Translations under genes and position numbers: made by a program | The notes under the pieces: generated by a model | Told to the model about the DNA's origin: nothing | Seen by the model: only the letters and a program-made list of their open reading frames with translations | Databases searched by the model: none | In this document: piece by piece, positions 22,466 through 35,559 of the stretch | How the letters are laid out: every line of letters begins with the position of its first letter | How positions within the stretch are numbered: the stretch's first letter is position 1 | From: Flectonema sp. DT1601 | Taxonomy: Eukaryota | Length of the DNA stretch: 64,000 nt | Assembly: GCA_964019425.1 (NCBI GenBank) | Contig: OZ025805.1 | Location: 1,054,001-1,118,000, forward strand | Reading direction: 5' to 3'

Positions 22466-24944
22466 ATGTTGTTGGAATTATTACTGATAACCTTACTCGC
22501 ATTCACACAAGGATGTCCAACACCAACATCAAGAGCTGGATATGATTGTGAACGATCTGTATCAGTTGGTATAATATATTATCGTGTTCAAGGTAATACG
22601 GCAAGCTTCGCTCTAAAATCGAATGGTGGAGGGTATGTGGCTCTGGGATTTAATACAAATTCGGCAATGGTTGGAACAGATACCGTGATTGGTAGTTCAT
22701 CACTCTCACCAGCCACATATGTGATAACAGCAAAGTCCCAATCAGGAGTAACACAATCAACACTAAGTTGGTTACAATCAAGTTCAGTATCAACGGAAAG
22801 TGGAGGAACGCTGTTAGAGTTCACTCGATCAATGACGGGATTGTCAACAACTGGGAGTACTATTCTTGTCTTTGCAGTTCATAGTTCATCGAATAATCTT
22901 GCTTATCATTCTGGTAGAGGTGTAACTAGTGTTACTTTGGGTAGTCAGCAAACACCTCAGCCACCGCCGCCAACACCGCCGCCAACCCCACCGCCAACCC
23001 CACCGCCAACACCACCGCCAACGCCGCAGCCGCCGCAACCAACTCCGCAACCACCACAGCCAACGCCGCAACCGCCGCAGCCAACTCCACAACCACCACA
23101 GCCAACACCACAGCCGCCGCAGCCAACGCCACAACCAGCTCAGCCAACACCTCAGCCAATAGCCGCGACTCCGCAACCGATAGCTGCAACTCCAGGACCG
23201 ATTGCTGCAACTCCGCAGCCTGTTGCCCCAACATCACGACCAGCGCAAGGAACACCACAGCCTCGAACTTGTGTGGCCTCTGCAGATACAAAATATAGTT
23301 GCTCACAAGAACTGTCTGATACCGTTAATTTGTTTTGGACCAAGCCCACCTCTGCTGGAACATTTACTGTCGCCATCACTCTCAAGACCACGTCTGGAAA
23401 GGGCTGGGTTGGAATTGGTTTTGGAAATGGAATGCTTGACTCCACACACACAGTTGTAGGAAGTACAGTTACTGGTACTGAAACAGTAAATACTTATAAG
23501 ATAACTACTCGTGATCCCAGCAGCTTTACAGTTTTAGCACCAATGAATAGCGCAACAGTCTCAGTGACAAATTCAGTAGTGACTTTAACATTGGAAATGA
23601 CTGGCGTAGTGAATGTTAATTGGGCTGCTTTTGTTGGAAACGCTTTCTCATACCACGAGAATAGTAAGGGACGACTTACTATTGACCCTACAGCTACCCC
23701 GATTACGGCAACACCACCATCAACAGGTTGTACGAATACATTGAAAGGTATTCTTGTTGGATGTAAGAAAGAGATATCTCCGGGTGTTTCACTTTTCTGG
23801 GAAGGAAAACCTCCGACTGACGCGGCGACAGCGAAAGATGAAAAGGTGACTGTAGCTTTTCAACTTGACTCAACAGTCACTGGATGGATTGGTATCTTTA
23901 TTGCTCAAGAAAAAGGATCGATGGCTCCAGCCATTGGAACTCTTTGCTGCGACTCTTCGGTCTCAGTTCCCGCAGTCTACAGAATTAATAGCAAGGCAGC
24001 AAGTGGTATTGTTTCAGACAGTTTTAAACTCACTACTTCTCCAACATCATATTCTCAAATTGATGGTCTGCGAACGTTAGTTCTTTCTGTTCGACTTGAT
24101 GATAATATTTATATTACTGGCAACACCCTTCTTATTAATTACGCTTATCACAATACTGATGGAAGTTTTCCCATTCGATCACAGCATTCTGTTAGAGGAC
24201 AACTCGTTATTGATTTGAAATTAGGTTTGTTTTATTTATTTTAATTAAAAAAAAAAAAAAAAAAAGCACTTGACTTTTTTTTTTAATAGTTTATACTTAA
24301 CATTTAAAACAGGTGTGTCATCAGTGTTGGATTCTTCAGATAAAAATAAAGCGAAGCAACATGGGTTATTTATGATCTCTATTTGGGGATTTGTTGTTCC
24401 AATTGCGATTGTTGCGAAGAGGTTTATTTCGACTACTGTGTCGATTGGTAAAGGTAAATATCCGATTGGATTTTTAATTCATGCGGTGCTTTTAACAGTT
24501 TCAGGTGCTGCTACAATCGCGTCGGTGATCCTAGCAAGTATGGATTTTGATTCTGGAGTGAAGAAGGGTCACAAGGTAATTGGATATATCATCGCAGCTA
24601 ACGGTTGTCTTCAGATTCTAATGGGAATATTCAGACCAGGTCGTGATGCGCCAGGACGTCAGGTTTTTAATATTATTCATCAGAATCTTGGAAGGGTGAC
24701 ATGGATCCTTTCAATCGCTCAAATATTTATTGGGGTTAACAATTATGATAGAATATATGGAGAACCTGATACTCCATTCTCCATGGCAATCGCTGGTTCT
24801 ATTTTTGGAGGTATTTCATTTATGGTCGTCTTGGCTCATCGTCTTTTTGTTGATGACAAGAAACCGGAACAACTGGCTAGCACTCCGATAGCTGTTCGTC
24901 GCTCCGAAGAGACTCCTGCTGAAGAAATGGTGACTCAGAAGTAG
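22466..24944 (+). CDS. 3xDOMON + cytochrome b561 (CYBDOM / ferric-chelate reductase-like), 796 aa; exons 22466-24224, 24313-24944
   Basis: Signal peptide MLLELLLITLLAFTQG. Three DOMONs: NSAMVG..AYHSGRG, GNGMLD..SYHENSKG, KGSMAP..SQHSVRG. Intron 24225-24312 joins a multi-TM domain with four His (KQHG, LIHA, KGHK, IIHQ). Confidence 0.85.
22950..23262 (+). repeat. Coding Pro/Thr/Gln repeat linker (PPPT, PQPPQPT) between DOMON domains 1 and 2
   Basis: Imperfect 12- and 21-bp tandem units. Confidence 0.85.
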
Positions 24945-27523
24945 TACAGAATTGTGTTTTCTTTTACTTGATTTGTTATTCAAGAAAGCGTCTTCAACTT
25001 CTGTTGACGCATTGTTTTCATCCGGAGCTTCGAAAATGAATAAAACAATGGCTTAGTCATTTGTGGAGCAAAAGAAAAAAAAACGGAGATTCTTGTTGCT
25101 TTCTTGGTGTAGACTGTTGGGAAACTTTTTCCGTTTTCAGTAAAAGAGAGCGGTTTGGCAAAGCAAAGTTTCACTCAGTTTTTTTTTTACTTTCATTTTT
25201 ATAATTACAAGAGAGCTTCTCACCTGCTCACACGGTATCAGTTGATTGCGAAGCGAAGCCAACAATTACGTCCAATGGAGAAAGACATCGATGAATTGAC
25301 TGGGCTGTTTCATTTCATGTTGGAATCTGACAACTTTTAATTGAATCCCCGCTGAACTTAAAATAAATTTAGCAAGATAGACTTTTCTTTTTTTTCAATA
25401 TAGTAGTACTAAGCTTAGTGCCGCCCATCCCCTGGTATTTAGTTTAAATTGTTTTTTGTGCATTGATTTATTTGCGTGAAAAAAAAAAAAAAACTACCTA
25501 CTATGAGTCTGATTTTGAATCTGTGGTTTATACTATGTTTTTTTTTTTTTGTATTTTTTTTTTGTATTTTATTTTTATTTCTTGTTTATAATAATAATAT
25601 TAATTAAAAAAAAAAATGGGAAACTGAAAATGAGTTGATTTTTTACAACTTTATTATCAGGACTCCCTTAAAGGTCAGCATGGTATGGTTGACAACGTTT
25701 GATCTTACCGTTATGCTGGTACCTTAAGTAAATATAAAATTAGTAGTAGTTTCGGAATAATCACGCTGATGGTGAGCATCTTTCTGTGACGTTGTCTTTT
25801 TCACGGCATGTTTTTGGTAACTCTTTTTGTAAGGTTCCAGCAATTTTTTTTTTTTTTTTTGACAGTGAGATTCTTATCTTGGTACCCAGTAGCATTATCT
25901 TAATTCATGTAAAAGAAGATTGTTGTCAAATCATCGGTGGTGGTTTTTTTTTTTTTTTTGTTTTTTTAAAAAGGCTCTCTCTCCTTTTTTTTTTTTTTTT
26001 TTTTCTTCTTCTTTTTCTCGTTGAAAATATAATATATGAATACAACTGTATGACAAAGGAAAAAAAAAAAAAAAAAAAAAAGGAAAAAAAAGACTGGATG
26101 GTTTCCACCGTCAACTCCGTTACGTGTTGTTTTTGCCAAGTTATGGTTTTTTTTTCCCTGCAACTTGAATGCAGTCTTGATTGTGTCTTTTTCCCCTCTC
26201 TTTAAATTACGTATCTCAACGAGACGTTTTGATCTCTCCCGCGCTTCACGGCATCATTGTTTGAAAAAAAGAAAAAAATGATAAATACATATCATGTAGA
26301 AAAAAAAAAAAAAAAAGAGAAAAGAAAAACTAAAAATGATTAAAGGCCGCCTTTTAAAAGAAAATAAACGAATCTTTTTTTATTCTCCGCTCAATTATCA
26401 TATCATGTAAGGAAAAATTTAACAACAGACTACTACTTCATATTATTATCGGAAGCTATGAGTCGCTAAGTGTAACAAACATGTATGAAGCAGAGGTAGC
26501 AATGTGAGATGCTTAGTTTGCAGCATCGACCCCATAGTGTCGATACCCGTGAGGTTTGTGTCAGTGAAGTTGTAAAGTCAATGCACGAGGAATAGATCTT
26601 CAAAACTGAAAACAGATGATGTTTCTTATTCTCTGTTTCTATTTACATCATTATAAATATGTTAATAACCATCCACCCGTTGCTACTGAAAAAAATAGGT
26701 GGATGGTTTTGTCTTCGCTTGACCATGTTTATTGTAGTAAAAGCAAACGTAGTGAAGTAAATTTCAGGCTCATACAATCATTTTTTCTGCCTCGTGCGTG
26801 ACTGTCTTTTGGATTCTCACACTCGGCAGAGAAAATGATGTAACTCTCCTGGATTGCAATGATTTTAACTCAAATAAATGGCTGATTCTCTCCTTTTTTT
26901 TCTTCCTTGTTTTCCCCCCTCTTCAATTGCGAAAGTTTTAAGTTAAGCGCGACCTTTTCTCTTCATCGCAAGGCGTGTTTTACGATCGAAAGAGAATTGT
27001 GGCAAAGAAAAAAACAACGTGTGGACTCACTGTGAGTAATTATTATTTAGTGAAGTGCCGATTCTTTTTTTTTTTTTTTTTTGAATTATTTATTTTTCTT
27101 TTCTGTACAATGATTCACGTGATATTTATTTAATCGTTTTCTTTTTTTTTTTTGTTTTTTTTTAAAAAAAAACAACATTTACTGCCATCGTTTTATTATT
27201 TATTCTGTTCTCACTGTGTTTACAGTGAATATAAATACTCACGTTGTGAAAAACAAGTTACATAAATCCAGCGAAGACTCTCCCTTTGCTTGATTCTTTG
27301 CTAACTTCCTTTTAACCGCTTACCGTGCAGTAAATGATACATGGTTCATTCCGACTTGCACTTTTCTTTTTTACCATTGTTGGCTTCTTGTAACCACTCG
27401 TGGTGTTGGTGTTTCTAATTTAAAAGAACATACCGACACATTAAATTAAGCTGTATAGGTTGGACCTGTTTTATATTTTTTGATCTTAATTAGTAAAAAT
27501 AATGTTTCTTTTTTTCGGACAGA

Positions 27524-30500
27524 ATGGGGCGCCTTGCATGGCACCTCCGAATAACGTTGCTCCTGGCATGTTATGTAGAATTTTGTTATAGTTGTACGCC
27601 GTCGACGAGGACTGGATATGTCTGTGAGAGGACAGTTGACGGAGGAGTCCTCCATTGGGAACTGACGGCATCCAATATTAGATTCGCAGCAGTTTCTCAA
27701 CTAAACGGTTGGGTTGGGATGGGGTCGGGAACTGGTATGGTTGGAGCAGAAGTAGTTGTTGGAGGATTCAGCGGTACTCCGGAGACCTTCAGATTATCAG
27801 CACAGTCCTTTAGCGGTTTTAATCCGAGAACGTTAAGTTGGGTGGTGGCGTCTGCCTTCTCAGTTGAATCTGGTCGATCTGTTCTAACCCTTACGAGGGA
27901 TCGTAATGTTGGATCCCTGGCGTCAGTTGATACGGTTGTTGCTTTCGCAACCGAACAGAATAGAAATTTAAGACACAACAGACGAAGTTATAATAATATT
28001 GACGTAACCATTACACCTGGTCAGGTCTCAACTTCAACACCAGTTCCATTTCAAGTCGTCTTCTCTCCTTCACCAACATTACCACGAGATTGCATACTGT
28101 CTTCATTAAGTGATTCTAATTATGTCTGTGAATATCAAGTTAATGAGGTATGTGTTGTTTTTTTTTTTTTTTTTTTTTAATAATCTGTAAACTTTTATTC
28201 ATTCCCTTCATATTAATCTATAAAAAAAAACAGCATGCTGTAATCCACTGGGGTCTTGAAACAGATAGAGTAACACTACACATGGTAATGGTATTTAATA
28301 CTGTTGCTGCTGGGGTATCTGGATTTATTTCTTATGGTATTTCATCAAGTGGGACTATGTTAGGTGGACAAGTAGTAGTGTCTAACAGGTCAACTGGATA
28401 TGAATTAACAGCTCATTCAGTTGAAGGGGTTTCCGTATCAATGGGTAGCTGGCTGACATCAACAGAGACGAGTATTCAGAATGGAATTATGTCGTTGAAA
28501 CAGACGAGAACAATTCAACAGTCTGGTGAAGGTTTGAATAACGTTTCATTAATTATGGCTTTTCATAATAACTCTGCTGCTTTGACACATCATTCAGGAA
28601 CAGTTCAGTTTAATATCGACATTAACGAGGGATCGATTGGTCCAAAGCCAACACCAGTACCAACATTTGAAAGAACTTGTCGCAGCTCTTCACTTCTAAC
28701 AGCTGTTCAAACTCCCTACACGTGTAGTGATGACTTTCTGATTACTGTCGGATCTGAATCCGCTACAGGAACAGTTCATTGGAAGCTACACGTTGATTTG
28801 AAGACTGTTAGCATTGCTGTACAGGTTCCTGTTAATATTATTGGTGGTTATTCTTGTTTAGGCATAACTACTACTCAGGGAATGATTAACACGAGTGCTG
28901 TTTGTATTGATCCTAACAGAAGTATTCCTTCAGAACACTATTTGATTTCTCGTTCTGTCGCAGGAGTCCTCCTGAACACCGTAGCGGTATTCTCCAGTAA
29001 AACTGCTTCAGTTGAGAATGGTCTTCGAACAATTCAATTTGTTAAAGTTTTGAGCGATGATGAAATAGTTCATTTGAAGAATGGGAATTTGGCATTTGTT
29101 TTTGCTGGTCATTCATCGGCTATCTATTTAACACATCACGACTTTAGAATAGTATTAGCTATTGATCTTTATGAATCACTTGAGAGTGGACCTAGAATAA
29201 CTCCAGCACCGACATTCTCAAAGCAGTGTGAGCCGTCGATGATTTCTGGTTATAATTGTGTAGTTACTCTGCACCCTTCTCAAAGTTATGAGATAAAGTT
29301 CAACTACGCGATTTCAGCTGACAGATTACGAGGTCGGATATCAGTAGAGTACAATGCAGATGTTATCGCTGGGTTCTTCGCAATCGGATTCTCAAACTGT
29401 AGTTGCATGCTTGGGTCTAGTGTTGTTTCTGCTTTAACCCAATCAGGTGTAGTGGATACTCACTTACTTGTTGAACGATCGGTTATGGGAGTCACATCAT
29501 CAACTCTTGTTGCGTTAAACATTTTTAATATAACTTTTTCGAGGGTTGGAACTTCAGCTTTTTTAAATTTTGAATTTAACATTCCAGAAAGTAGTTTTGG
29601 AGGAACTCATCCTTTTGGTTCAAGTTTCTCATTTGGAGTTGACAGTACTACAAATACAGAGACTCTGTCTGTTGATTTAGTATATTCATATCATACTACT
29701 GCTGCGTCTCTGACTCATCATTGGGGTAATAGGGGTTCGATTATGATTGATTTACAAGATGCTATTGATAATCAATTGGCCTTGACACCCATCCCAACGA
29801 TTACGAGATCATGTACTGAGTCAGAATTAGTTGGTGGGGTTCTGAAATATCCTTGTGCCACGGATTATTATAATTTTAGTTTGCCTGGTCCACTTGTGAA
29901 GCTTCACTATGGTGCATCTGCTTCTTATACTCATGTGAAAATCGCTCTTGAAGTTGATTTTACTGGATCTGCAAGCGTCGGGTTCTCGGCTATTGGGATA
30001 CCCGAAAGCGCATCTCCGTGTGATTGCATGTTAGGTAATGAAGCTGTTGTTGGAAAGTCAATAACTGGAGATGTTAACTTCTATCAACTAAGTGGACACT
30101 ATATCACTGACGTTATCGAAAAGAACATCTCCGCAGTTAGTTTTGAAAACTCAACCCTCACAAGAATCGGTCAAGTTACAATATTAGAAGCAACTTGGAG
30201 GCTGAGAGATAGTCAAAGAACTGCACCTTTTCTAAAGAACTACCCGATGGTGTTTTCTCTTCACGAAAATAGTCCTTATTTACTACATCACTCTCACTCT
30301 GGTGTTATAAAAATTGATATTTTAGATTCAGTCGATAACTCTTTTTCACCAGTAGGTCCTGTTCAGTCTCTTTCTCCGACATCTGCTCCAACAGTAGATG
30401 AGGTTCAGTCTGTTTGTGTAGATAAAAGTTCTGAAATTGGATATCATTGCGTTGAGTTGCTATCATCATCAAATAACATTCGTCTCCATTGGAAAGTTTT

Positions 30501-31605
30501 ATTTTCTGGTAGTGGTTCTTCAGCTGTTCCTGTTGGTGTTTCTTTTTTAATAACTGCGTCAATAAGTGGTTGGGTTGCATTATCATTTCCAACATCACCA
30601 GCATCGATGTTTCCTTCTATTAGTGTCGTGTCTTACAATGATGGAGTAAGTGACACAGTTGGTATCTTTAAAATTGATGGTCGCTCTTCTTCAGACATAC
30701 AACCATCAGCTAGTACTGATCTCTCGATGCTTTCAACCGAGAAAACCGGGAATGGAGTTAGGGTTGGATTTAGATATGTGTTGGGATCAAGTAAATCAGT
30801 TCCGCTGAACTGGGCATTTCATACTTCAAATTCTAAATTTCCAAGTTCCAGACACATTCGCAGAGGAGCAGTAAAAATAGAATTTACGACAGGAAAAGTA
30901 TCAAAATACTCATTGGGACCGTCTGCTATAATTGATGCTCACTCTTACATAGGGGGTCTTGTTTGGTTTTTAATAGTTCCGTTGTCAATTGCTGGTAAGA
31001 GGTATGCGGCTCAATTTGGATTCGTATTTGGAAAAAGTATCGGTCATTCACTTCACAACATTGGTATGATAATGGTAACTTTATTAACGACGGTTGTTTT
31101 TGTTTGGTGTATCAATTTTTCAACACCTACTAATTATTTACATGCGCATACTGGATTAGCCTTATTTGGATTGTGTTGGGTTCAACTTTGCTTAACATTA
31201 GTAAGACCTGGAGTTCTGTCTGAAAATAGACGTCTGTGGAATATTGTTCACAGATCAGGAGCGGTGTTGTTGACAATTCTTGCGATTGTTTGTTGTTCGA
31301 CAGGTGTTGTTAATCAGGTTGATATCTATCACGATGAACCTTACTTTCAATATATATTAGTAATGATCGTACCTCTAAGTCTTGGAATTACTTTATTGTT
31401 AAAACATGAATTCGGGGCACGTCAACGACGTCGATCATATTTTACGAGCAAACAGCGTTCTGAAAGGGATGCTTCAGAGATGGATATACGATCAGCTACC
31501 CCACCGAGACCTTTTGATTTCCCAATTAGAGAAGTTGATGAAGTGGACGACAGTCGGTTATCTCCAATTAAGTTACCTGGGACTGTTGATGTCGTACCGC
31601 CGTGA
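27524..31605 (+). CDS. 6xDOMON + cytochrome b561, 1331 aa; exons 27524-28147, 28234-31605
   Basis: Signal peptide, and phase-0 intron 28148-28233 (GTATGT...AAACAG). Six DOMON repeats, each with C..Y.C, an HW/HY/NY strand, a Met and a C-terminal His. The b561 domain has His in DAHS, SLHN, HAHTG and IVHR. Confidence 0.85.
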
Positions 31606-31827
31606 GGTGGGTTTCTTTTTTACGAACTTTGTACTTCTGTTTCTTAATGTTAATTTCAGATTGTAAATAAAATTCAAAAGATGACTTTACCATTGCAATG
31701 GATGAGTCCTGTGGGTGATATATTTTTATGTCTTGTAACGTAAGTTGGTCCCCTTCCCCCTTTTTTTTTTTTTTTTCTTCTTTTTTTGCATCTCAAAAGC
31801 AAAAAAATAATTTAAAAAAAAAAGAAA

Positions 31828-32442
31828 TCTTTCCCATTTGAAAAGTATAGGACCTACTTGGGTATTCGTTTTATTTGTACCTACCAACACACTTATTTGC
31901 TAGAAAGAGAATCGTAGCGGTTGCTCACAAACAAAAAAAAAAACACAAAAGTTGTGTGATTCTAAGCTGTTTCGCTTCAAGGGCATTACAATTAGCACTC
32001 TGACTGTACCTTTCTATAGATAAACAATCAAATTGTTTTTAGAAAAAAACACTCACACGTTTGTTTGGTTGAATCTTCATTGTCAACGTGTGAGGTTTGT
32101 CTTTCAAAAGAAAAAAAAAAAAAAAATCTTTCCCATTTGAAAAGTATAGGACTTATTTGGGTATTCGTTTTATTTGTACCTACCAACACACTTATTTGAT
32201 AGAAAGAGAATCGTAGCGGTTGCTCACAAACAAAAAAAAAAACACAAAAGTTGTGTGATTCTAAGCTGTTTCGCTTCAAGGGCATTACAATTAGAACTCT
32301 GACTGTACCTTTCTATAGATAAACAATCAAATTGTTTTTAGAAAAAACACTCACACGTTTGTTTGGTTGAATCTTCATTGTCAACGTGTGAGGTTTATCT
32401 TTCAAAAGAAAAAAAAAAAAAAAAAAAAAATCTTTCCCATTT
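31828..32442. repeat. Near-identical tandem duplication of a ~300-bp non-coding unit (copies start 31828 and 32127; a third start TCTTTCCCATTT at 32431)
   Basis: Direct comparison shows only a handful of substitutions plus homopolymer length differences. Units are separated by polyA runs. Confidence 0.92.
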
Positions 32443-32729
32443 TGTAACGCTATTCATTGCTGTTGTCTTCTAATCAGGCAGGCTTTATCTTAACCCAGTT
32501 GGTTTTTTAAATTACTGAAGTCTTTTTTTTTTTTTTTTTTTCTATTTATTTTGACGCACATTTTTTATTAGTGACATTTCTTCAATTTTTGGATAATAAT
32601 AATTTGTTTTATACGTGTCTGCATAATCGAAGAAAGAAGAATATTCGGATTTGAGGGTGGTGATTGTTCCGAGATTCTATTTGTGTTCAGCGAAACGATT
32701 CTTTTCAGTGGTCAGTGCTTTATCATTTT

Positions 32730-32764
<35 letters not shown>

Positions 32765-35559
32765 TTGTTTTTCGAATTCAAACAGCATTGATAATCCAAG
32801 TAAAAAAAAAAAATCAGATACAAAAAAAAAAAAAAAAAAAAAAAAGATATGTTATTTACGTATTGTAGGTTCATTATTTGTTTATTTGTATTTATTTTTT
32901 GTTTGCTACCCTTCCTTTTTTTTTTATATATGAATTTAATAACTATGTACTTTACACGCTCCCATTAAATTAACGGGGTTTTACTTTCCATGAACTGATT
33001 TCTTTGGATATTCTGCTTATAACCTGCTTCTCCTCACTGGCTTTTGTTGAAGCGTTAGGTATTTTGCGACTGCTCTCTTCTCTTTGTCCTAGTGGGGGGT
33101 TTTCACTGTTATCCTCTTTTCTTTTTCGGATATAATTAAAAAAAAAAAAGAAAAAAAAAAGTAATGTTTTTTTTCCCCCTGTTTATATTGTATTTTTTTT
33201 TTTTTTTTTTTTTTAAAGCAGCACGGAACTGTTCCTGACTGTGTTGATGACTGTGGTATAGACAGGTGTATTTTTAAGTCATATTTTGTTTCAGTAATCG
33301 CCTTAGGAGGGGGGAAAAAAAAAGAACATTGCAACATCACGGAGCCTCCTCGTTACATTTCATTGGTTTAAGTCACACAATTGAAGTGACAAACCTTTTG
33401 GTTTATTTTTCGTATTTTTTAATTTATTCACGTGTTGTCTTTTTCTTACATGTCAACGAATTTGAACGTGTCAAAACGCTAAAGCCATGTGGGAATTTGC
33501 TGTTTTTTTTATCGTGACTTGCACTGGCAAGTCGTAAAAGTAAATGTTCCTTCGCGTGGACGACCTTCTCAAATGCCTTGTTGACTCACTGCTGTTTGAA
33601 TTCATGTCATTCTAACCTGCTGATATTTGTCGTATCGTTAATAAGCAAAACTTATATAAAACTGGTAGTTAAAGTGGGAAGCTTTTACTTTTTTTCGTCG
33701 AAGAGGTTGCGTCGATTGGGTAGGTAGGTTTTTGCAAAACAAGAAGAAAAAAAAAAAAACAAGAACATCGTTAACAAACTTGTCCAATCTGACTGTTGTT
33801 TTCTTATTAAATAATCCTTTCAAAAAAAAAAAAAATAATCCTTTTTACTGCAATGGATTGGCTGAAGGATTTTTTTCATTATTATTATTATTATTTTTTT
33901 TTTTTTGCAAATGTTGCACAGGAAATTTTTTGTTGTTTGATACACAAAGTTGACTGAAATAAAATAACGCAAACATTATCATCTTACGGCAACCCTTCAA
34001 TTTTAACTCCTAGATTTGTCCAGCACCTCCATGAGCTTCCCCGATTATGGCATTTCGGAGACCAGCAGGGACAATTTCTTGAATATAACGGCAACAAACA
34101 TACCCATACTCCCATTTTTTCCACCTCCTTTTTTCTTGTCTTTTCCATTCAAATTACTATCCTCTTCAGCAAAAAAAAGAGAAATATCAGTCAAAATTAC
34201 TTTTTGTTACCAAATTCTGGAAAAATGAAAAGTATTTTTTTCAAAAAAAAAAAAAAAAAAAAGTACTACTATGAAATATTTCGATCGAAGTGGTAATTTA
34301 ATGAGTCGTTCGGTTCATTTCCGTCCGTAACCTTGCTCAGGCAGGTGTTTTTTTTGGTCGCAAAAAAATAATTTTGACTGATATATTATTATAAATTCCC
34401 AAGCTAGCAACTGGTGGGGGGTTGCATGGGTGATTTTTAAAAACTCAAAAAAAAAAAGAATGCGTAGTATTGCAATAATTCTTACACTTGTTTATTTTCC
34501 CCTGTTCTCTTTTTTCTTTTTTTTGAAGTCGGAGAAGAAACCATTGGCTAAACCGTTATTTTATATTTCCTGTGTCGCCAGTAATACTGTCTGCGATTAT
34601 CCAAAAATGTAAGTCTTTTTTTTATCTGAATGGTTTTTACGAGAACGGTGGGGGAAAAAAAAATTCAAAAAAAATTCAAAAAAAAAATTCAAAAAAAAGT
34701 AAAACACATAAACACTTATAATCGAAGTGTTTAGTTTGTTTTTGCCTCTCATTTCTCAGTGAGAAGAATATCATATCATGTTGTTGGTCTCTGTATGCAT
34801 GTAGGTTGTCGGTTATTTTCTTAAAGAAACACAAACTTTCCCTACTTCCGTCAATGGCATTGGTGAAGAGAGTTATCTGATAACCGCGAGACTTTTGGAG
34901 CTTGACTCCCCCGCTGATGATAGTATAGTTTTTCGTACCTGATTAGCACGCTGGAATCGAAAGATACAACGGCCTTAAGAAAAACTAATGCAATAAAAAG
35001 AAAGAAGGGTTTTGTTTAAAATTATTTGTCTGTCACCAATTATGGTACTTGCGCAACTTCATGTTTTTTTTCAAAAAAAAAAAATAATAATAATAATAAT
35101 AGGAATAAATTTCTTTTGTTTGGACCGGTTCACCTCATAAATTGATTCTTTTTAATATTTCTTTTTTTAAAAACTTCTTTGATTAGAAAACCAGAAAAAA
35201 AGGCAGCCGGTCTTTTTTTTTTTTTTTTTGTTGCGGATGTTGCTACAAAAAGTGTTCTTTTGAAAAAAGAATTCGTTTATTATTATTATAGTTTCCTATT
35301 TTTTTTCCTGCTCTTTTTGAATTCGTTGTCAGGGTGCCTTCTTCAAGCAAAGACAGTAGATTACCAGACACCTGAGGGAGTCTTGCCTGTCAGCAACTTA
35401 CCATGCTTCGGAACATTCGTGCTTGTAGAGGCACCCGACTGTTCTTTTTTTTATTCGTTTTGTTTTTTTTAATGCTATTTTTTGGTACTTTAATTTATCA
35501 GTTTTTTTTTTTTTTTTTTTTCTCGAGAGAGAATCGAGTATTGGTATTCTCTAATACGT

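Noticed and set aside
25000..27450. Short ORFs rich in poly-Phe/poly-Lys here and at 32-35.5 kb, 50.6-51.8 kb, 55.4-57.2 kb and 60.4-62.2 kb
   Set aside because: Translations of T/A homopolymers in intergenic or UTR DNA; no coding signature.
31950..32010. Possible box C/D snoRNA within the 300-bp repeat (TGTGATT...CTGA)
   Set aside because: Box C does not match RUGAUGA, and I could not identify a terminal stem or an rRNA guide.
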